This document shows, piece by piece, positions 57,309 to 64,000 of a DNA stretch of 64,000 nucleotides. The notes beneath the pieces are model-generated. The model saw only the letters and a list, made by a program, of their open reading frames with translations. It did not search any database and was not told the origin of the DNA. Every line of letters begins with the position of its first letter. Within the stretch, counting starts at the first letter, position 1. The stretch comes from Spirochaetia bacterium (GTDB lineage: Bacteria > Spirochaetota > Spirochaetia > SZUA-6 > Bin103): positions 74,510 through 138,509 of the forward strand of contig OZ251573.1 in the NCBI GenBank assembly GCA_965243545.1. The letters are read 5' to 3'. The position numbers and the translations under genes were made by a program.

Positions 57309-58085
57309 CTATGAGGACTCGCCGGCCAGCAGCTCGTCGAACACCGCGCGGCCGCGCTGCAGCTCGGCGATGATGGCCATGAACTCGCTGCCCTGCACCA
57401 GGAGCTGCGCGCCCTTGGCGTGGATGCGGGCGGTGAGCGCCGGGTCTCCCGGCACGCCCCACGCCTTGCCGTGCTGCTTGGCCGCGGCGGCCACCCGGTC
57501 GATGGCGCTGTCGAGGTCCAATCCGCCCCCGTTGTGCCGCAGGCGCAGGTTGAGGTCGGACGGGCCGATGAACAGCCCGTCCACGCCTTCGACCGCGGCG
57601 ATCGCGGCGGCGTTCTCGACCGCCTCCGGAGTCTCGATCTGGACCACCACGAACGTCTGGCGATTGGCGTTCTCCTGGTAGTCCTCAGCCGGGTCCAGGA
57701 AGTAGTCGCCGTCCAGGCCGGCGCCGTCCATGCCGCGGCTGCCGACCGGCGGGAACCTGGTCGCTTGCGCGATCTGCCGCGCCCGCTCCGGGGTGTTGAC
57801 CAGCGGGAACATCATCCCCGTGGCCCCGTCCTCCAGCACCCGGTAGAGCTGCGCGCCGTCGACCAGCGGCACGCGCACCATCACGTCGACGTCGACCAGG
57901 TGCGACAGCGTCAGCAGCGACTGCAGCTCGCGCTGATCCATGGAGCGGTGCTCCAGGTCGAGCCACACGCAGTCGAAGCCCTGATGCGCGGCGTGGCGCA
58001 GGAAGGCGGGAACGTAGTGGCCGAGCCCGCAGATGCGCGCGGCGCGGCCGGCGCGCAGCTTGGCCAGGGTCTTGCTGATTCTCAT
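57309..58085 (-). CDS. HpcH/HpaI-family aldolase (GarL/5-keto-4-deoxy-glucarate aldolase-like)
   Basis: …GFDCVWLDLEHRSMD…VMVRVP…VVVQIETPEAVENAAAIAAVEGVDGLFIGPSDL… It sits immediately upstream of the dehydratase on the same strand. Confidence 0.8.
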   Translation of the reverse strand: MRISKTLAKLRAGRAARICGLGHYVPAFLRHAAHQGFDCVWLDLEHRSMDQRELQSLLTLSHLVDVDVMVRVPLVDGAQLYRVLEDGATGMMFPLVNTPERARQIAQATRFPPVGSRGMDGAGLDGDYFLDPAEDYQENANRQTFVVVQIETPEAVENAAAIAAVEGVDGLFIGPSDLNLRLRHNGGGLDLDSAIDRVAAAAKQHGKAWGVPGDPALTARIHAKGAQLLVQGSEFMAIIAELQRGRAVFDELLAGESS

Positions 58086-58097
58086 GGTGATTCCCTC

Positions 58098-58421
58098 TCA
58101 GGCATCGGTGTTCGCGGTATCGTCCACGAACGGTATCTGGTTCGCATCGCAGAACTTCCTCGTCCCGGCCAGGTAGTCGTCGAACCGGTCGCGGTTCCGG
58201 CGCCGGCGCAGCAGCAGCGGCTCGATCGTGCCGCGCACGTGCAGCTCCAGCACGTCGTCCTCCACGAATCGGTAGAGGGCGAACGTCCGCTTGGTGACCA
58301 GCCGGAACCGCACCAGATCATCGCGCGTCAGGTTGTGGACCGCCGGCCGTTTCGCTTCCAGGTCGATCAGCACCAGCTCGGTCTTGTCGAAGGTGAGGAG
58401 TGGGCGGCGTGCGCGGCTCAT
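58098..58421 (-). CDS. hypothetical protein
   Basis: 107-aa ORF, MSRARRPLLTFDKTELVLIDLEAKRPAVHNLTRDDLVRFRLVTKRTFALYRFVEDDVLELHVRG…, with no recognised motif. The upstream part of the six-frame ORF is low-complexity. Confidence 0.3.
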   Translation of the reverse strand: MSRARRPLLTFDKTELVLIDLEAKRPAVHNLTRDDLVRFRLVTKRTFALYRFVEDDVLELHVRGTIEPLLLRRRRNRDRFDDYLAGTRKFCDANQIPFVDDTANTDA

Positions 58422-58450
58422 GCCGTCAGCGTACCCGATTCGGCGCCGCG

Positions 58451-58741
58451 CTAGCGATCCGCGGCGCCGGGGACGGAGGTGAGCTTGGGGTCCCACGCCG
58501 CGGTGAGCTCGGCGATCACCTCGTCCAGCACTTCCGGGGCGGAGCCGTCCCGCGCGGCGCGGCGGCTCCACTTCCACTGCTCCAGATAGGCGTCGGTGCC
58601 GGCCAAGCCCTCCTTCATGGCGACGCGGTCGATCTCGGTCTGGTAGCGGCCGGGCATCGGCGCGGACCGGGCGCCGCCTTCGCCGTACGCCTTCACCTGC
58701 GCGGGTATGCCCCGCCACGACAACACCTTGTACTCAGCCAT
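58451..58741 (-). CDS. hypothetical protein
   Basis: 96 aa, MAEYKVLSWRGIPAQVKAYGEGGARSAPMPGRYQTEIDRVAMKEGLAGTDAYLEQWKW…, not recognised. Confidence 0.35.
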   Translation of the reverse strand: MAEYKVLSWRGIPAQVKAYGEGGARSAPMPGRYQTEIDRVAMKEGLAGTDAYLEQWKWSRRAARDGSAPEVLDEVIAELTAAWDPKLTSVPGAADR

Positions 58742-58749
58742 CGGTCCGT

Positions 58750-59790
58750 TCAGCCCTCCTGGTCCAGCGCTCCCCGCCGGTGGGCGCGCAGGAACGCCTT
58801 GCAACGGTCGTCCCGGCCCAGCAGCAGGTCCTCCGCCATCGTGTAGCGGAACGATGATCGGTCCATGCCGTGCACTTCGTCGAGGTGGCTGGTCACCGGA
58901 TCGACGATCCCCGAATCGGCGCCCGCCTCTATCGCCAGCAGCAGGAACACGTCGTTGATCAACCGCCGTTGCGGCATCCCGAACGACACGTTGCTGAAGC
59001 CGCCGGTTATGTGGATGTCGGGGCCGAACCGGCCGCGGATCGTCCGCACCGCGTCCAGGCAGTGGTTGCCGAACTCAATGTCGACCGAGATCGGAAACAC
59101 CAGCGGGTCGACGAACACGTCGCTCGCCTCGATCCCCTTGCCCAACGCCGCCTCGATGATGCGGGTGGCGTTGCCGACCCGTTCCTCGGCGCCGGCCGGC
59201 ATGCCGGAGTCGCCGGCGGCGGTCACCACCACGCGCGTGTCGAAGCGCTTGACGTCATCCAGCACCTCGATCCGCTCGAGCGACGCGGAGTTGAGGAGCG
59301 GCCGGCCCGCCCGGTTCCCGTCGACCGCCTCCAGTCCGGTGCGGATCGTTTCGCCGTTGGAGGAGTCGACCGACAGCGGGGTCGATCCGGTCTCCTGCAC
59401 CATGCCGGCCAGCCACGCCATCGCCCGCTGCTGCTCCTCCGGCTTGAGCGACACCTCGTCGACGTTGAGGTCCAGATAGTCGGCGCCGGCGCGTTCCTGG
59501 CGGTCGACCAGCGTGGCCAGATACTCCAGCGCGGCCGGGGCGTCCGGCCCGCCGGCCATCGCCGTGCGCACGGCTATGCCGACGTGCTTGACGCGGCCCT
59601 CCTGGTAGTCCTGCCCCTTCTTTGCCGCGTCCGGGATCGGCAGATAGCGGCTGCCGCCGGCGCGGTCCTTGAAGCGGACCGATTCGCGTCCGTCGGGCGC
59701 CTCCGCGATGCGCTTGCCGCGGCGCAGCAGCACGCGGGTGGTGTGTATGTTCTCGCCGATCGTCGTGAATCGGCCGTTGCCGTTCCCCAA
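58750..59790 (-). CDS. pterin-binding methyltransferase (MtrH/AcsE-like; methyl-corrinoid:tetrahydrofolate methyltransferase)
   Basis: …RFTTIGENIHTTR…YLDLNVDEVS…SVDSSN… (DHPS-like pterin-binding barrel). The start is inferred as TTG about 59790, preceded by GGAGGAG with an 8-nt spacer. The six-frame ORF start at 59919 would overlap the RACo gene. Confidence 0.7.
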   Translation of the reverse strand: MGNGNGRFTTIGENIHTTRVLLRRGKRIAEAPDGRESVRFKDRAGGSRYLPIPDAAKKGQDYQEGRVKHVGIAVRTAMAGGPDAPAALEYLATLVDRQERAGADYLDLNVDEVSLKPEEQQRAMAWLAGMVQETGSTPLSVDSSNGETIRTGLEAVDGNRAGRPLLNSASLERIEVLDDVKRFDTRVVVTAAGDSGMPAGAEERVGNATRIIEAALGKGIEASDVFVDPLVFPISVDIEFGNHCLDAVRTIRGRFGPDIHITGGFSNVSFGMPQRRLINDVFLLLAIEAGADSGIVDPVTSHLDEVHGMDRSSFRYTMAEDLLLGRDDRCKAFLRAHRRGALDQEG

Positions 59791-59836
59791 ACCTGTCACT
59801 CCTCCGATTTGACCGGATGTTCCTTGGCGGTCGCCG

Positions 59837-61864
59837 TCAGCGCGCCGCGGCGGCGAGCCGCATGGGCTCGAAGCGGCAGCCGTCGACGAACAGCTCGAAG
59901 AAATCCGGCTCCTGCTCAAGCTCCACGTGTTCGATGCGTTGCGCCAACTCGTCGGCGCGCGTCCGTTCCGCGTCCGAGAGGAGCGCGATGCGGGCCCCTT
60001 CGACCGCGGCGTTGCCGACCTTCTCGATCCGCTCCGCGGGGACCGGCGCCAGCATACCGATGTCGATGGCGTTGCGCGCGTCGACGTAGGTGGCGAAGCC
60101 GCCGGCCAGATAGAGCCGGTCGATCTGCGCCGGTTCGATGCCGAAGTGGCGCATGGCGATCACCTGACCGCAGTAGTTGGCCGCCTTCGCCTGCGCCAGG
60201 GCGCTGGCGTCCGCGCGCGAAAAGGTGATGCGGTCCGCCACCTCGATCTCCCGCAGCCGCCGGTCGGCGGTAAAGACGCCCCGGGGCGTGATCAGGCCGT
60301 GGCGGCGCAGCTCGGCGACCAGATCGATCAGGCCGGACCCGCAGATCCCCTCCGGCGGCCCGCCGCCGATGGTGCGGAACGCAAAGCGGTCGCCCTGCCA
60401 CGCCAGCGACTCGATGGCGCCGTCGTAGGCCGGCATGCCGAAGGTGATCTGTCCGCCCTCAAAGGCGGGGCCGGCCGGGCACGAGGCGGCGATCATCCGG
60501 TCCCGGTGGCCGACCACCACCTCGGTATTGGTGCCGACGTCGACCAGCATGACCGGCCGGTCGACGTCGGCCATGCCGATCGCCGTCAGGCAGGCGACCG
60601 TGTCGGCGCCGACGTGACTGCCGATGAGCGGCAGCCCGATCACCGCCGCCTGCGGGTTGAGGTGGAGTCCGAGCCGCCGCGCGGGCACCTCCAACGCCGT
60701 GGTGGCGCGGCGGCCGGCGCGGAAGTCGGCTTCCACCGACGACCGGTAGGGCCGCTGGCCCAACCCCTGCACGTCGATCCCGAACAGGATGTCGCGCATG
60801 GTCGGGTTGCCGGCCACGACCATGCGGGTGACCGAGGTGCGCCGGAAGCCGCAGGCGCGCGCGACCGTGCGTATCTCGGTGTTGACGGCGTTGACGATGG
60901 CGCGCTGCAGCTCGTCGGTGAAGTTGCCGGCCGCGTAGGAGATGCGGTGCATGATGTCGCTGCCGGCGAACCCCTGCGGGTTGGCGAACGATGCGGTGAC
61001 GATGGTCGCCTGCGCCTGCAGGTCGATCACCTTCATCACCACGGTGGTGGTGCCCAGATCGATGGCCAGCCCCAACTCCCGGCCGCGGAACCGGTCGCGG
61101 CCGGCGGCGGGCGGGGCCGGGTCTGCGGTCCGTTCGCGGCCGCCCGGACCGCTGCCGTCGAAGCCGCTGCCGCCGTCGGCCAGGATGCGCGGCGCGCGCC
61201 GCAACGGCGCGAACGCCACCTGCGCGTCGAGGTCGATCACCTCGGTCTGGCACGCCAGCCGGAACGGGTCCTGCAGGAAGCGCTCCGCTTCGGTGCGCGG
61301 GCTCAGCGCGTCCGGGCCGGAGTCGACGCGGACCACACACTCGTGGCAGATGCCGGTGCGCGCGCACGAGCTCGGCACGCGGGCGCCGGCGCGGTCGGCG
61401 TAGTCGAACAACGTATCGCCGGCGGCCGGCCGCAACCGCTCCGCGCCGCACGCGACGGTCCCGGAGGCGCGCTCCGCGGCGCCGTGGCCGCCGTCCCCGT
61501 GCGCGCCGTGGCCGTGCAGGTCGGCGCCGTGGCCGGCGGCGCCGTGCCCGGTCGCGCCGTGAGCGTCAGCGCCGTGGACGCCGGCCGCCGCCGGATCGGT
61601 CTCCCAGGCGCTACGGTAGTCGAGCCGGTCGTCGCCGGCGCAGAGATAGCGGAGCCCGTCCGCGCCGCGCTCGAACCGGGGGTCGCCGGCCGCCGGCCGG
61701 CGCTGGTTGCGGCAGCCGAACTCGGCCGTGCACCGGTCGCGGCGGTCCTTGTACGGGCAGCGCCACTGCGCCTGCGCTCCGGCGTGGTCGGCGATCGGCG
61801 CCAGCACCGCGCTCAGGCGGTCCAGGCGCTCCTGCCAGGCGTCCGCGTCGAGCCCGGCGGCCAC
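59837..61864 (-). CDS. corrinoid activation/regeneration protein (RACo): 2Fe-2S ferredoxin domain + ASKHA-fold ATPase, with a His/Gly-rich N-terminal insert
   Basis: CARTGICHEC (plant-type ferredoxin Cys cluster) …AIDLGTTTVV…VDVGTNTEVV… (ASKHA phosphate motifs). An unusual segment GVHGADAHGATGHGAAGHGADLHGHGAHGDGGHGAAE precedes the ferredoxin domain. Confidence 0.8.
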   Translation of the reverse strand: MAAGLDADAWQERLDRLSAVLAPIADHAGAQAQWRCPYKDRRDRCTAEFGCRNQRRPAAGDPRFERGADGLRYLCAGDDRLDYRSAWETDPAAAGVHGADAHGATGHGAAGHGADLHGHGAHGDGGHGAAERASGTVACGAERLRPAAGDTLFDYADRAGARVPSSCARTGICHECVVRVDSGPDALSPRTEAERFLQDPFRLACQTEVIDLDAQVAFAPLRRAPRILADGGSGFDGSGPGGRERTADPAPPAAGRDRFRGRELGLAIDLGTTTVVMKVIDLQAQATIVTASFANPQGFAGSDIMHRISYAAGNFTDELQRAIVNAVNTEIRTVARACGFRRTSVTRMVVAGNPTMRDILFGIDVQGLGQRPYRSSVEADFRAGRRATTALEVPARRLGLHLNPQAAVIGLPLIGSHVGADTVACLTAIGMADVDRPVMLVDVGTNTEVVVGHRDRMIAASCPAGPAFEGGQITFGMPAYDGAIESLAWQGDRFAFRTIGGGPPEGICGSGLIDLVAELRRHGLITPRGVFTADRRLREIEVADRITFSRADASALAQAKAANYCGQVIAMRHFGIEPAQIDRLYLAGGFATYVDARNAIDIGMLAPVPAERIEKVGNAAVEGARIALLSDAERTRADELAQRIEHVELEQEPDFFELFVDGCRFEPMRLAAAAR

Positions 61865-61877
61865 GCCCGCCTGCTGC

Positions 61878-62639
61878 TCAGTCGTCGCTCCGCTCCCGCT
61901 CGGCCATCAGCCGCTTGGCCAGCTCCACGCACGCCACCGCGTCGGCGCCGTAGCCGTCGGCGCCCATGTCGTCGGCGAACTCCTGCGTGACCGGAGCGCC
62001 GCCCACCATGATCTGCACGTCATCGCGCAGGTCGGCGTCGATGAACGCCTCTATCGTCTTGCCCATGTTCGGCATGGTGGTGGTGAGCAGCGCCGACATG
62101 CCGAGCAGCGGCGCCTGATGTTCCTCCACCGCGTCGATGAACTCGTCCGGGGAGGTATCGACCCCCAGGTCGATCACCTCGAAGCCTGCGCCCCGCAGCA
62201 GCATGATGCACAGGTTCTTGCCAATGTCGTGCAGGTCGCCCTTGACGGTCCCCATCACCACCTTCCCCTGCGACGGCACGCCGGACTCCGAAAGGATCGG
62301 CTCGATGTGCGCCATGCCGGCCTTCATGGCGCGCGCGCAGGCCAGCACCTCCGGCACGAAGATGATGTTGTCCCGGAACTTGATGCCGACGATCCCCATG
62401 CCGGCGATCAGGCCGTCGTCCATGATCTCCAGCGCCGTGACCCCCTCGTCGAGCGCCTTCTTGGTCAGCTCGTCGACGTCGTCGTCCTCGCCTTCGATGA
62501 TCGCCGCCGAAATCTCCTGCATCGCCGGCCGCGTGTGGGCGAACACCTCGATCATGCGCTCGCGCTCGTCGGGCCGTTCGACGAACTCCTCTATCTCGGA
62601 CCGGATCAGCTCGTTGTCTATGTCGTGGATCTGCGCCAT
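61878..62639 (-). CDS. cobalamin-binding corrinoid protein (B12-binding domain, DxHxxG)
   Basis: …GTVKGDLHDIGKNLCIMLLRGAGFEVIDLG… (the DxHxxG…SxL…GG B12-binding motif), preceded by a helical cap domain. Confidence 0.85.
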   Translation of the reverse strand: MAQIHDIDNELIRSEIEEFVERPDERERMIEVFAHTRPAMQEISAAIIEGEDDDVDELTKKALDEGVTALEIMDDGLIAGMGIVGIKFRDNIIFVPEVLACARAMKAGMAHIEPILSESGVPSQGKVVMGTVKGDLHDIGKNLCIMLLRGAGFEVIDLGVDTSPDEFIDAVEEHQAPLLGMSALLTTTMPNMGKTIEAFIDADLRDDVQIMVGGAPVTQEFADDMGADGYGADAVACVELAKRLMAERERSDD

Positions 62640-62677
62640 GTGTGGTTTTTCCGTGTGGTTTCAGGCAGTGCGCGCGG

Positions 62678-63697
62678 TCAGTTGTGGCGTCGCCGCGTCC
62701 AGTCGGCCACCTCGGCCGGGATCGCCTTGAGGTTCTCCAGCGGCGTCTGCAGCGGTATCGCGCACTCCGGGCCGACCAGCTTGATGCCGGCGTCCAGGTT
62801 CTTGCGCACCTCCGCCTGCACGTCCGCAGGCCCGCACGCGAACAGCGTCTCCGGATTGTTGACGTTGCCGACCAGCGCGACGCGGTCGCCGACCACGCCG
62901 ATCGATTCCGCCGGGTCGTTCTTGGAATCGAAGTGGAAGGCGGCGAAGCCGGTCTCGGCTATGTAGGCCATCCGGTCGATCGTCTTGCCGCAGATGTGCA
63001 GGATGAGCGGAATCGGCAGCCGGTCCACGAACTCGGCGTGCAGGTCGCGCAGGTAGCGCCGGTAGTAGTCGCCGGACACCAGGTCGCCGGTGGCGTGGTC
63101 GGGCAGCGTCAGCGCGTCGGCGCCCGCCTCGATCTGCGCGACGCCGAAGTCGATGGTCGCTTTCTTGAGCCCGTCCAGTAACCGCTTGGTCGCGTCGGGA
63201 TCGTCCAGGGAGAGCAGCAGGAACGGCTCGACCCCGAAGCAGTGATAGGCCAGCGACCACGGCCCCATCGTCTTGCCGATCACCGCCGCCTCATCGCCGT
63301 ACTCGGCCTTGAGCCGGCGGATCGCGTCGAGCACGCAGGCGGTGTCGGGGTGGGTCAGGAAGTCGGGCGGAATGACGATGTCGTCCGCCGTCTCCCAGAT
63401 CGGCTCGCTCATCTTGACGGTGGGCCAGTTGTCCTTCTGCTCCCACTGGATCTTGCAGCCGAGCGCGGAGGAGTCCTGGATGATGGAGAACACCGGCATG
63501 ATGGTGTCAAAGCCGAGCTCCGTGTAGCCGGTCGCCGCCAGGCGGGCCATCATCTCGCCGTCGCGGTTGGCCTGCGGAAACGGCGCGTCGACCAGGTCCA
63601 TCAGCTCCACGGTCGCCACCGAGGTCGGGTTGCACACCGCCGGACGGTCGACCGGTTCGCCGCGAAACGCCGCCAGCACCCGTTCCCTGCCTGTCAT
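62678..63697 (-). CDS. uroporphyrinogen-decarboxylase-like methyltransferase (MtaA/CmuA/O-demethylase MT-I family)
   Basis: MTGRERVLAAFRGEPVDRPAV…, a UroD-fold TIM-barrel methyltransferase (…LILHICGKT… zinc/corrinoid-site region). The ATG 63697 was chosen, and the Arg-rich 24-codon upstream extension was rejected. Confidence 0.8.
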   Translation of the reverse strand: MTGRERVLAAFRGEPVDRPAVCNPTSVATVELMDLVDAPFPQANRDGEMMARLAATGYTELGFDTIMPVFSIIQDSSALGCKIQWEQKDNWPTVKMSEPIWETADDIVIPPDFLTHPDTACVLDAIRRLKAEYGDEAAVIGKTMGPWSLAYHCFGVEPFLLLSLDDPDATKRLLDGLKKATIDFGVAQIEAGADALTLPDHATGDLVSGDYYRRYLRDLHAEFVDRLPIPLILHICGKTIDRMAYIAETGFAAFHFDSKNDPAESIGVVGDRVALVGNVNNPETLFACGPADVQAEVRKNLDAGIKLVGPECAIPLQTPLENLKAIPAEVADWTRRRHN

Positions 63698-63710
63698 CGG
63701 TTTCCTCCGT

Positions 63711-63992
63711 TCATCGCTGTTGACTCGGCGCGGTGAGCATACCGCGCGCCGCCGCCGCTTCCTGCTCACGCAACGCGCCGCGCACGTTGAGCGCGCGGGT
63801 GAGCAGCAGGCCGATCAGCTCGTGGTGGTCGGCGCCGCACGGGAACCGCACCTCCGTCCCGTCGACCTGCAGCTCGGCCAGCTTGCCCAGGCCGGCGGCG
63901 ACCGCCGCCACCCGCCGCCGTTCGCGCGCGCCGTCCCGGTCGCCGCGGCAGCGGTAGCGGCCGCCGCCGAGCGCTTCGACGTCGATGGTCAT
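63711..63992 (-). CDS. small hypothetical protein upstream of the methyltransferase cluster
   Basis: 93-aa ORF with an ATG at 63992. It overlaps the MT-I start region. It has no recognised motif and could be spurious. Confidence 0.3.
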   Translation of the reverse strand: MTIDVEALGGGRYRCRGDRDGARERRRVAAVAAGLGKLAELQVDGTEVRFPCGADHHELIGLLLTRALNVRGALREQEAAAARGMLTAPSQQR

Positions 63993-64000
63993 ATCGTTCT

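Overview
This 64-kb window is about 70% GC and looks like bacterial chromosome, mostly housekeeping and metabolic genes. I found no rRNA, no CRISPR array and no transposase or integrase.

Recognisable content:
- A sugar ABC transporter operon with a glycoside hydrolase.
- A D-aminoacylase and an H+-pyrophosphatase (hppA).
- Three tRNAs: Leu-CAG, Val-CAC and Ala-GGC.
- A cell-envelope set: lgt, lspA, ctpA, rsmE.
- A likely PPi-dependent pfk, galU, a GT2, aroK, hisA and a peroxiredoxin.
- A folate operon, folE-folB/folP-folK.
- mdh and fumC, two PhyH dioxygenases, a VKOR-DsbA fusion, an M24 peptidase, Ku plus an ATP-dependent ligase, a UxaA/GarD-like dehydratase with an aldolase, and a four-component corrinoid methyltransferase cluster.

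Three regions stand out.

First, about 34.4-44.5 kb is a lower-GC defence island built on a decayed type I restriction-modification locus (hsdM has an internal deletion; hsdS is truncated and fused to a truncated ygjP-like gene). Guest genes sit inside it:
- an intact OLD-like ABC ATPase paired with a TOPRIM-like DUF4276 gene;
- an uncharacterised roughly 1000-1200-aa protein with an Avs/STAND-like architecture (nuclease-like N-terminus, degenerate NTPase-like core, HEAT/TPR-like C-terminus);
- a frameshifted DUF433 gene;
- a coiled-coil protein with a PD-(D/E)xK-like C-terminus.

Second, 11994-15758 is an unusual psp-like operon. Its order is: a sigma-54 activator without a DNA-binding domain, a STAS/Zn-ribbon protein, a YbjN-like protein, PspA/IM30, and an aspartate-less OmpR-type regulator.

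Third, the locus carries a paralogous family of tail-anchored proteins built from 11-residue repeats encoded by 33-bp DNA minisatellites, and several other in-frame coding minisatellites (rsmE, lgt, folK, folB).

Neighbouring genes very often overlap as GTGA or ATGA start/stop junctions.

All calls come from reading the six-frame translations and the DNA by eye. No database search or numerical computation was run.
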